Source: Burkholderiales bacterium
GTDB taxonomy: Bacteria; Pseudomonadota; Gammaproteobacteria; Burkholderiales; SG8-39
NCBI GenBank assembly: GCA_035286595.1
Contig: DATEDA010000158.1
Location: forward strand, 6-64,005
Length of the DNA stretch: 64,000 nucleotides
Reading direction: 5' to 3'
The translations under genes were made by a program, and so were the position numbers. The stretch's first letter is position 1. Each line of letters starts with the position of its first letter. This document shows positions 20,474-29,148 of this stretch, one piece after another. Below the pieces are notes generated by a model. That model had not been told where the DNA came from and did not search any database. It worked only from the letters and a program-made list of their open reading frames with translations.

Positions 20474-21508
20474 TCAGCCCGGCTTCACTCCCGCCGCCTT
20501 GATCACCTTGCCCCAGCGGTCGGCCTCGCCGCGCATCAGGATGCGCAGCGCCTCCGGTGCGGTGCCGACGGGCTGGAAGTAGATCGCGATCATCCGCTGC
20601 CGCACGTCGTCGCTGCGGATGATCCGGACGAGCTCCTCCGACAGCCGGTCGACGATCCGCGGCGGGGTTCTCGCCGGCGCGACGGCGCCGATCCAGGCCG
20701 TGGACTCGAAGCCGGCGAAACCCTGCTCGGCGATCGTCGGAGTCCCGGGCAGCACGACGCTCCGCGACGTCGTGGTCGCGCCGAGCGCCTTGAGCCGCCC
20801 GGCCTGGACGAGCGGCATCGCCGTCGCCGGCACGACGAACCCGCCGGCGATCTGGCCGTTGAGGATCGCGGTGTTCACCTGCGGGCTGCCGGGATAGGGC
20901 ACGTGCACGAGGTCGAGACCGGCGCGCTGCTTGAGCAGCTCCATCGTGAGGTGCGAAGCGCTGCCGTTGCCGACCGAGCTGTAGTTGAGCTTGCCCGGCT
21001 GCGACCTGGCGAGCTTGACGAAGTCCTGGACGCTGTCCACGCCGAGCCTGGGGTCGACGACCAGCAGGTTCGGGCTCGCCGCAACGACCGTGATCGGAGC
21101 GAGCTCCTTGAACGGGTCGTACTCCATGCTCTTCATCAGCACGGTGTTCACCGCGAGCGGACCCGGGATCGAGAGTCCGATCGTGTAGCCGTCGGGCGCC
21201 GCCTTCGCGACCTGGCCGGTGCCGACCATGCCGCCGGCGCCGGGCTTGTTCTCGACGACGACCGGCTGGCCGAGCGCGGCGCCGAGCCGGTCGGTCAGCA
21301 TCCGCGCGATCAGATCGGGCGAGCTGCCCGGCGGGAACGGGACGATCATGCGGATCGGCCTCGCGGGCCACTTGTCCTGGGCCGGGGCCGCCGGCGCGAG
21401 CGCGAGCGCCACGAATCCCCCCGCCGCCAACGCGATGGCCCTCTTGAGCAGCGGGAATCGACCCCTCAGCTTCGCTGTTCCGCACCCGGGCCCGGTGACG
21501 TAGTTCAT
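20474..21508 (-). CDS. tripartite tricarboxylate transporter substrate-binding protein (Bug/TctC family)
   Basis: A signal peptide is followed by WPARPIRMIVPFPPGSSPD, which is typical of the Bug family. No tctA or tctB lies next to it. Confidence 0.85.
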   Translation of the reverse strand: MNYVTGPGCGTAKLRGRFPLLKRAIALAAGGFVALALAPAAPAQDKWPARPIRMIVPFPPGSSPDLIARMLTDRLGAALGQPVVVENKPGAGGMVGTGQVAKAAPDGYTIGLSIPGPLAVNTVLMKSMEYDPFKELAPITVVAASPNLLVVDPRLGVDSVQDFVKLARSQPGKLNYSSVGNGSASHLTMELLKQRAGLDLVHVPYPGSPQVNTAILNGQIAGGFVVPATAMPLVQAGRLKALGATTTSRSVVLPGTPTIAEQGFAGFESTAWIGAVAPARTPPRIVDRLSEELVRIIRSDDVRQRMIAIYFQPVGTAPEALRILMRGEADRWGKVIKAAGVKPG

Positions 21509-21560
21509 GGCAGCCGCAAAGATACCCCATGGGCGCGCCGGCGGCGCGAGAGTGATCCCT

Positions 21561-21566
21561 TAGAAT
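21561..21566 (+). promoter_or_regulatory. -10-like TAGAAT box 7 nt upstream of the malonyl-CoA decarboxylase ATG
   Basis: The sequence reads cccTTAGAATCGGaccgATG. No SD is visible. The same octamer TAGAATCG recurs upstream of two other operons (minus strand near 3169 and 45899). Confidence 0.25.
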
Positions 21567-21573
21567 CGGACCG

Positions 21574-22989
21574 ATGAACAGGGCCGTCGACACTTCCCTG
21601 ACGGCACCGGCACGCGGCGAGCCGGGGCGCGTGCGCGCGTTCTGGAACTGGCTCACCCGGAGCGCCGGACCGCGCGGCGCGCAGCCGATCTCGGCCGGCG
21701 ACCTCAAGCTCGCGCGTGCGATCTTCCGCGACATCCTGGCGGGGATCGGCGGCGAGGCGTCGGCCCGCCAGCGCGTCGCGACGCTCGGCTCGCTCTATCG
21801 CAGTCTGAACGACGATGGCCGGCGGGAGCTGCTCGGCGTGCTCGCGGACGAGTTCGGCCCCGACGAGCTCGAGATCAACCGCGCGATCCAGGGATATCTC
21901 GATGCCCGGGGGCCGGCGCGGCGCCACGCCGAGTCGGAGCTCCGGCTCGCGCTCGGCAGCCCGCGCATCCGGATCCTCAAGCAGTTCAACCTGCTCCCCG
22001 ACGGCGTGAAGCTCCTGGTCGACATGCGCGCCGACGTGCTGCGCTACGTCGGGGAGCGCAGCGAGCTGGGGGTGCTGGGCGACGAGCTCTACTCGCTCCT
22101 CGGCAGCTGGTTCGACATCGGGAATCTCGAGCTCCGGCGCATCAGCTGGAACTCGCCGGCGATGCTGCTCGAGAAGCTGATCTCGTACGAGGCGGTGCAC
22201 GAGATCCAGTCGTGGGCGGATCTGCGCAACCGCCTGGACTCGGATCGGCGCTGCTACGCGTTCTTCCATCCACGCATGCCCGACGAGCCGCTGGTCTTCG
22301 TCGAGATCGCGCTCGGCAAGGACATGGCGGACAACATCCACTCGCTCCTCGACGAGTCGGCGCCGGCGTTCGATCCGCAGGCGGCGCAGGCGGCGGTCTT
22401 CTACTCGATCTCGACCTCGCAGGCGGGCCTGCGCGGCGTGTCGTTCGGGGGGTTCCTCATCAAGCGCGTCGTCGAGACGCTCTCGGCCGATTTCCCCCGG
22501 CTGCGGACGTTCGCGACGCTCTCGCCGGTCCCGGGGTTCCGGCAGTGGCTCGAGGCGCAGGCGCGGGCGAAAAACCCGGAGTTCTTCGGCACGAAGGAGC
22601 GCGCGCGCCTGTGCGAGGAGGCCGCGGTGCGCGATCCGCACGAGGCGCTCGCGCAGCTGCTGCTGCGCGGCTTCGCCATGGAGGCGCAGCCGCCGGAGTC
22701 GCTCCGGCCGACGCTCACGCGCCTCTGCGCGCAGTACCTCGTCGAGGCGAAGGACGAGGAGCGGTCGCTCGACTCGGTGGCGCGCTTCCACCTCGGCAAC
22801 GGCGCGCGGCTGGAGCGGATCAACTGGCTCGCCGACACCTCACCGCGCGGCATCAAGCAGTCGGCAGGGATGATGGTGAACTACCTGTACAAGCTCGACG
22901 ACATCGAGGACAACCACGAGGCTTACGCGCGCGAGGGTCGCGTGGTGATGAGCGACGGTGTGAAGCGGCTGCTGCGGAAGCCCGCGTAG
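21574..22989 (+). CDS. malonyl-CoA decarboxylase
   Basis: 471 aa. MCD family blocks are present (LISYEAVHEIQSWADLRNRL, CYAFFHPRMPDEPLVFVE, FYSISTSQAGLRGVSFG). Confidence 0.85.
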   Translation: MNRAVDTSLTAPARGEPGRVRAFWNWLTRSAGPRGAQPISAGDLKLARAIFRDILAGIGGEASARQRVATLGSLYRSLNDDGRRELLGVLADEFGPDELEINRAIQGYLDARGPARRHAESELRLALGSPRIRILKQFNLLPDGVKLLVDMRADVLRYVGERSELGVLGDELYSLLGSWFDIGNLELRRISWNSPAMLLEKLISYEAVHEIQSWADLRNRLDSDRRCYAFFHPRMPDEPLVFVEIALGKDMADNIHSLLDESAPAFDPQAAQAAVFYSISTSQAGLRGVSFGGFLIKRVVETLSADFPRLRTFATLSPVPGFRQWLEAQARAKNPEFFGTKERARLCEEAAVRDPHEALAQLLLRGFAMEAQPPESLRPTLTRLCAQYLVEAKDEERSLDSVARFHLGNGARLERINWLADTSPRGIKQSAGMMVNYLYKLDDIEDNHEAYAREGRVVMSDGVKRLLRKPA

Positions 22990-23006
22990 CCCCCTGTCGA
23001 AGGGGG
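22990..23006. terminator. short hairpin between convergent genes (possible bidirectional terminator)
   Basis: CCCCCT-GTCGA-AGGGGG lies directly after the MCD stop codon. No clear U tract follows. Confidence 0.35.
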
Positions 23007-23032
23007 TACGGAGCGCGAGGTCCCGGCTCCGC

Positions 23033-23623
23033 CTACGACACGATCTGCCAGGTCCCGTCGCCGGCGCGGCAGGCGCGGTCGGTGACCGTCTCCTTGCGGC
23101 TCTTCGCGGTGATCACGGTGGTGAACTCGCGGCAGCTCTGGCCGTTCTGCCTGAAGCCGCGAGTCGGCGTTACCGCATAGCTCATGCCGGTCTTCGCGTT
23201 CGACCAGGTCACGGGTTTCCCGTCGGCCGTGAGCTCGAGCGCGTGGCCGACGCAGCCGCGATCGGCCTCGTCGAGATCGCGCCCGATCTTGGCGCCGATC
23301 ACCGCCCCGAGGACGGAGCCCACGACGATCGCGACGGTGCGGCCGTCACCCTCGCCGACCCTCGATCCGATCGCGCCGCCGACGACGCCGCCGAGCACGG
23401 CGCCCACCGCCTCGCGGTTGCAGCGCCCGCCGATCACGCCGTAGTCCTTCTCCCATTTCTTGCCGGTGTAGCCGACGTAGTTCGGGTCGTTCTTCTTGCG
23501 CCAGCCGTGCGCCGGCGCGTGATCCGGCGGGGCAGCGAACGCTTGCGGGGCCGCGACGGCAATCGCGAGCGCGCCAACCCAGAGCGCCTTGCGGAGCCGG
23601 GTGCGCGGGAGGTCAGGGTGCAT
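23033..23623 (-). CDS. surface antigen / glycine-zipper outer-membrane lipoprotein-like protein
   Basis: A signal peptide and a glycine zipper (GAVLGGVVGGAIGSRVG...GSVLGAVIGAKIG) are present. The C-terminal domain resembles the 17-kDa surface antigen family. Confidence 0.7.
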   Translation of the reverse strand: MHPDLPRTRLRKALWVGALAIAVAAPQAFAAPPDHAPAHGWRKKNDPNYVGYTGKKWEKDYGVIGGRCNREAVGAVLGGVVGGAIGSRVGEGDGRTVAIVVGSVLGAVIGAKIGRDLDEADRGCVGHALELTADGKPVTWSNAKTGMSYAVTPTRGFRQNGQSCREFTTVITAKSRKETVTDRACRAGDGTWQIVS

Positions 23624-23801
23624 GATCGGTCCTCCGGGATCGGTTCGATGGCGATCATTCGACCGCAGACCGATCCGGGTGACGAGCGCGTCACCGCGCG
23701 CGGCGGGGATTAGTCCCGATCCGTCGACCGGTGTCGGGTGACGGCGACAGCAGGCGCGAGAAATTGGTCACGCGCCCGGGGGGCGCCAGCCTTCGCGGCG
23801 T

Positions 23802-25451
23802 TCAAGGCCGCAGTCCCGCGGCCGCCGCGGCTTCCATCCGCAGCCTGAACCGCTGCAGCTTCCCGGTCTCGGTGCGCGGCAGCGAATCGCGGAACTCGAT
23901 CGCGCGCGGGTACTTGTACGGCGCGATCGTCGCTTTGGCGTGATCCTGGAGCGCCTTGACCATCGCTGCGTCGCCGGTGAAGCCCGGCTTCAGGACGACG
24001 TACGCCTTCACGATGGTCCCGCGCTCGGCGTCCGGCGCGCCGACGACGCCGCATTCGGCGACCGCCGCGTGCGTGAGCAGCGCCGACTCGACCTCGGGGC
24101 CGGCGATGTTGTAGCCCGCCGAGATGATCATGTCGTCGGTGCGCGCCTGATAGAAGAAGTAGCCGTCGGCGTCCATCGAGTAGGCGTCGCCGGTGACGTT
24201 CCAGCCGTTCTGGACGTAGACCTTCTGGCGGTTGTCCGCGAGGTACTTGCAGCCGGTCGGGCCCTTGATCGCGAGCCGCCCGACGACCCCGGGCGGGCAC
24301 ACGCGACCCGCGTCGTCGAGCACGGTCGCGCGGTACCCGGGAATGGCGTAGCCGGTCGCGCCGCGCCGGACGCGCTCCGGCGTGTGCGCGATGAACATGT
24401 GGATCAGCTCGGTCGAGCCGATGCCGTCGATGATTTCGATGCCGGTGGCCTGCTTGAACAGCTGGCGCGTGGCGTCGGGCAGGGCCTCGCCCGCGGAAAC
24501 GCACTTCTTCAGGCTCGAGAGGTCGAAGCGGCCCGCGAGCGGCGCCATCTGGCGGAGGAAGGTCGGCGCGGAGAAGCAGACGGTCGCGCGGAAGTCCTGG
24601 ATCGTCTGCAGGAGAGCATCGGGCGTCGGCCGCTCGCTCAGGACGGTCGATGCCCCGTAGCGCGCCGGAAAGCACAGCATCCCGCCCAGCCCGAAGGTGA
24701 AGGCGATCGGCGGCGTCCCGCAGAAGACGTCGTCCGCCCTCGGCTTGAGGCAGGAGCGCGGAAAGCAGTCGCACATCGCCATCACGTCGCGGTGGAAGTG
24801 GATGCAGCCCTTCGGCTGGCCGGTGGTGCCGGAGGTGAAGGCGATCAGGGCCGGGTCGTCGAGCGCGGTGTCGACGTTCTTGAACGCGACCGGTTTCGGC
24901 TCGAGAGCCGCTTCCAGCGACCCCGGCCCGCCGTCGTTGAAGTAGAGGATCTGCTTGAGTGACGGGGACTGGCCTCCCGCGAGCTCCAGGTCGTCCCGGA
25001 GCCGCACGTCGCAGAGCGCCGCCCCGACCCTGGCCTTGTCGATGATCTGCGTGAGCTCCTTCGCGCGGAGCAGCGGCATGGTGGCCACCGCGATGCCGCC
25101 CGCCTTGATCACCGCGAACCAGCATGCCGCCATCATCGGGTTGTTCGGCCCGCGGAGGAGCACCCGGTTGCCGGGCACGAGCTTCAGGTCCTGGACGAGC
25201 ACGTGCGCGATCCGGTTCGCGCGGGCGAGGAGCTGGCGATACGTGCACGAGTACCGCTTTCCCTCGATCAGGGCGTGCAGCATCGGGCGGTCGCCGTGGC
25301 CCGCCGCAACCATCCGGTCGAGCAGCTCCGCCGCGCAGTTGAGCCGGTCGGGATACCGGAGCTCGGGCAGCTCGAACAGGAACCCCGGCAGGTCGCCGGG
25401 CGGCGGCAGGTTGTCGCGCACGAAGGTGTCGACGTGAGCGGTGTAGGCCAT
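23802..25451 (-). CDS. aryl-CoA ligase (2-aminobenzoate-/benzoate-CoA ligase family)
   Basis: AMP-binding motif [10 protein letters not shown]. The N-terminus [13 protein letters not shown]...[18 protein letters not shown] is typical of 2-aminobenzoate-CoA ligases. Confidence 0.85.
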   Translation of the reverse strand: MAYTAHVDTFVRDNLPPPGDLPGFLFELPELRYPDRLNCAAELLDRMVAAGHGDRPMLHALIEGKRYSCTYRQLLARANRIAHVLVQDLKLVPGNRVLLRGPNNPMMAACWFAVIKAGGIAVATMPLLRAKELTQIIDKARVGAALCDVRLRDDLELAGGQSPSLKQILYFNDGGPGSLEAALEPKPVAFKNVDTALDDPALIAFTSGTTGQPKGCIHFHRDVMAMCDCFPRSCLKPRADDVFCGTPPIAFTFGLGGMLCFPARYGASTVLSERPTPDALLQTIQDFRATVCFSAPTFLRQMAPLAGRFDLSSLKKCVSAGEALPDATRQLFKQATGIEIIDGIGSTELIHMFIAHTPERVRRGATGYAIPGYRATVLDDAGRVCPPGVVGRLAIKGPTGCKYLADNRQKVYVQNGWNVTGDAYSMDADGYFFYQARTDDMIISAGYNIAGPEVESALLTHAAVAECGVVGAPDAERGTIVKAYVVLKPGFTGDAAMVKALQDHAKATIAPYKYPRAIEFRDSLPRTETGKLQRFRLRMEAAAAAGLRP

Positions 25452-25461
25452 AGGGCGCCGC

Positions 25462-26627
25462 CTAGTCCTTTCCCTTCAGCGTCTCGCGGGCGATGACGAG
25501 CTTCTGCACCTCGGTCGCGCCCTCGTAGATGCGCAGCGCCCGGATCTCGCGATAGAGCTTCTCGACGGGGTGGCCCGACACGACGCCCAGCCCCCCGAAG
25601 ATCTGCACGGCGCGGTCGATGACGGCCTGGGCGGTCTCGGTCGCGACCATCTTGGCCATCGCCGCCTCGCGCGTCGTGCGCACCCCCTTCGCGTCGCGGA
25701 GCCAGGCCGCGCGGTACGTGAGCAGCGCCGACGAGTCTATCCCGGTCGCCATGTCGGCGATCGCCGCCTGGGTGAGCTGGAAGTCGGCGAGCGTCTCGCC
25801 GAACATGCGGCGCGAGGCGGCGCGGGCGATGGCTTCGTCGAGCGCCCGGCGCGCGAACCCGAGCGCCGCAGCGGCGACCGAGGCGCGGAAGATGTCGAGC
25901 GTCTGCATCGCGACCTTGAAGCCCTCGCCGGGCGGCCCGAGCCGCTGCGACGCGGGAAAGCGGCAGTCCCGGAACTCGAGCCGTGCCAGCGGATGCGGCG
26001 CGATCACGTTGATGCGCTCGGCGACCGTGAGGCCCGGCGCATCCGCGTCGACCACGAACGCGCTGATCCCCTTCGCGCCCGGGGCGTCGGTCTCGCGGGC
26101 GAACACGGTGTAGAAGTCGGCGATGCCGCCATTCGAGATCCAGGTCTTCGCGCCGTCGAGGACGATCTCGCCCCGAGTCTCTCTCGCGCGGGTGGACATG
26201 GCCGCGACGTCGGAGCCCGCGTCGGGCTCGGAGAGCGCGAACGCGGCGATCGCCTCGCCTTGCGCGACCCGCGGCAGGTAGTGCTCCCTGAGCGCGTTGG
26301 ATCCGTACAGCGAGATCGCGCCCGAGCCGAGGCCCTGCATCGCGAACGCGAAGTCCGCGAGCCCGTCGCGGCGCGCGAGGGTCTCCCGGGCGAGGCACAC
26401 GGAACGGGAGTCGATCTCCTCCAGCCGGCCACCCCAGCGCTTCGGCACGCAGTACTCGAGCCAGCCCGCCTCGCCGAGCATCGCGACGAGGTCGTGGCAG
26501 GCGCGGTCCACGTCGACGTGCTCGTGGCCCGTGGCGAGCCGCTCCGCGGCCCAGGCATCGAGGCTCCGCGCGAGCGTCCGATGCGCGTCGTCGAAGAACG
26601 GCCAGTCGAGGAACGTGCGGTCGGGCA

Positions 26628-26628
<1 letters not shown>
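25462..26628 (-). CDS. acyl-CoA dehydrogenase
   Basis: 388 aa from ATG MPDRTF. ACAD blocks are present ([21 protein letters not shown]). The ATG overlaps the stop of the ECH gene (ATGA). Confidence 0.85.
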
Positions 26629-27458
<830 letters not shown>

Positions 27459-27488
27459 GCGGGTCCCCTATCGTGACGACCGTCGCCA

Positions 27489-28268
27489 TCATCCCATGAC
27501 CTCGCCGCCGGCGACGGCGATCGCCTGCCCGGTGATCGCTTCCGATCCCGGGAGGCAGAGCCAGAGCACGGCGTTGGCGACCTCGGCGGGCTGCACCATG
27601 CGGGCCTGCGGGTTGCGCGCGACGAGCGCCGCGCGCGCCTCGCTTTCAGATCGGCCGGTCTTCTGCACGATGCCGGCGACGGCTTCCCGGATGAGATCGG
27701 TTTCGGTGTAGCCGGGGCAGACCGCGTTCACGGTGACGCCGCTCTTCGCGCACTCGAGCGCGAGCGCGCGCGTGAGACCCACGACGCCGTGCTTCGCGGC
27801 GCAGTAGGCCGCGACGTAGGCGTAGCCCACGAGGCCGGCGGTGCTCGCGACGTTGACGATGCGGCCGGCGCCGCGCGCGACCATCTCCGGCAATGCCGCT
27901 CGCGTGCACAGATAGGTGCCCGTCAGGTTCACGGCGAGCATCCTCTGCCAGAGCGCGGAGTCGGTCCTGGCGAAGGGCGCGCTTTCGACCTGGCCGGCGT
28001 TGTTGACGAGGATGTCGACCCGACCGAAGCGCCCCTGAACCGCGGCGAACGCCGCCCGTACCGACGCCTCGTCGGCGACGTCGACGCTGACCGCCTGGGC
28101 GCGGCTCGGGCCGCCCAGCGCCTCGACCTGCGCCGCGAGCCGGCCACCGTCGCGGCCGAGGACGGAGACCGTCGCGCCTTCGCGGGCAAGCGCTGCGGCG
28201 ATCGCGCCACCGATCCCGCGCCCCCCGCCGGTGACGATCGCATGCTGGTCTGCAAGGGGCGGACTCAT
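27489..28268 (-). CDS. SDR family oxidoreductase (3-hydroxyacyl-CoA dehydrogenase-like)
   Basis: Motifs TGGGRGIG, NNAG and YCAAK are present. Confidence 0.85.
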   Translation of the reverse strand: MSPPLADQHAIVTGGGRGIGGAIAAALAREGATVSVLGRDGGRLAAQVEALGGPSRAQAVSVDVADEASVRAAFAAVQGRFGRVDILVNNAGQVESAPFARTDSALWQRMLAVNLTGTYLCTRAALPEMVARGAGRIVNVASTAGLVGYAYVAAYCAAKHGVVGLTRALALECAKSGVTVNAVCPGYTETDLIREAVAGIVQKTGRSESEARAALVARNPQARMVQPAEVANAVLWLCLPGSEAITGQAIAVAGGEVMG

Positions 28269-28326
28269 CGGGCTGCCTTGTCGCTTCGCGCCAAGGATTC
28301 GCGCTTGGGGCGGCCGGCGCGCTCAT
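28264..28326 (-). repeat. conserved ~60-nt leader element, copy 1 (abuts the SDR start codon)
   Basis: About 58 of 63 nt are identical to 31265..31328, including a 30-nt perfect core CCTTGTCGCTTCGCGCCAAGGATTCGCGCT (plus strand). Confidence 0.6.
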
Positions 28327-28350
28327 GGCGACGGCCGTGCCGCCGGCGGC

Positions 28351-29133
28351 CTACGCGCCGATCCGGTCGTAGAAGCGGGTGAGCGCCTGGTTGAAGGCCT
28401 CGGGCTGCTCGATGTTCGAGATGTGTGAGGCCGACGGAATCACGACTAGCTCCGAGCCGGGCACGTTTTCGTGGATCGCGCGCGTGCCCGGCGCGGCGAC
28501 GTCCTCGGCGCCGGTGATCGCGAGCACCGGCACCCGGATCTCCTTCAGGCGCGCGGTGAGGTCGATCTTCGGGATCGCATGGCAGCAGCCGACGTAGCCC
28601 GCGACCGGCGTCGCGCGGATCATGCCTGCGATCGGCTGGATCCGATCCGGCCGCGCCTTGCGGTAGGGCTCGGTGAACCAGCGCGCGAGCGTCGACTCGA
28701 CGGTCGCCTCCATCCCCTTCGCCTCCGCCACCTCGATGCGCTCCTTCCACATCGGCCACGCCTCCGGCGGGTTGCGGCTGGTCGTGTCCGCGAGCACGAG
28801 GCTCCGGAGCACACCGGGGTGCTTGAGCGCGAGCGTCTGTCCGATCATCGCGCCCATCGAAATCCCGATCCAGTGGGCCTCGCGCACGTCGAGTGCATCG
28901 AGCAGCCCCTTCGCGTCGTCCGCCAGCATCTCCAGGGTGTAGGCGCCCGCCGGTGCATCGCTCTGCCCGTGGCCGCGCGTGTCGTAGCGCAGCACCTTGA
29001 AGCGCTTGGCCAGGAGCTCCGCCTGCTCGCCCCACATCGCGGAGTTGCAAGCGAGCGAGTGGCTCATGACGAGCCAGGGGCCGGCGCCCTCAACGGTGTA
29101 GTACTGCTCGATGCCGTTCGCTCGGATTTTCAC
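28351..29133 (-). CDS. alpha/beta hydrolase (3-oxoadipate enol-lactonase family)
   Basis: GTG start with AAGGGAGGAG 7 nt upstream. Nucleophile elbow GISMGA is present. 260 aa, with PcaD-like blocks (YDTRGHGQSD). Confidence 0.8.
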   Translation of the reverse strand: MKIRANGIEQYYTVEGAGPWLVMSHSLACNSAMWGEQAELLAKRFKVLRYDTRGHGQSDAPAGAYTLEMLADDAKGLLDALDVREAHWIGISMGAMIGQTLALKHPGVLRSLVLADTTSRNPPEAWPMWKERIEVAEAKGMEATVESTLARWFTEPYRKARPDRIQPIAGMIRATPVAGYVGCCHAIPKIDLTARLKEIRVPVLAITGAEDVAAPGTRAIHENVPGSELVVIPSASHISNIEQPEAFNQALTRFYDRIGA

Positions 29134-29148
29134 GCGCTGCTCCTCCCT

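Noticed and set aside
23677-23694. A hairpin GGTGACG-AGCG-CGTCACC between the aryl-CoA ligase stop and the surface-antigen gene start, considered as a terminator.
   Set aside because: The stem is short and there is no U tract on either strand. This is insufficient evidence.
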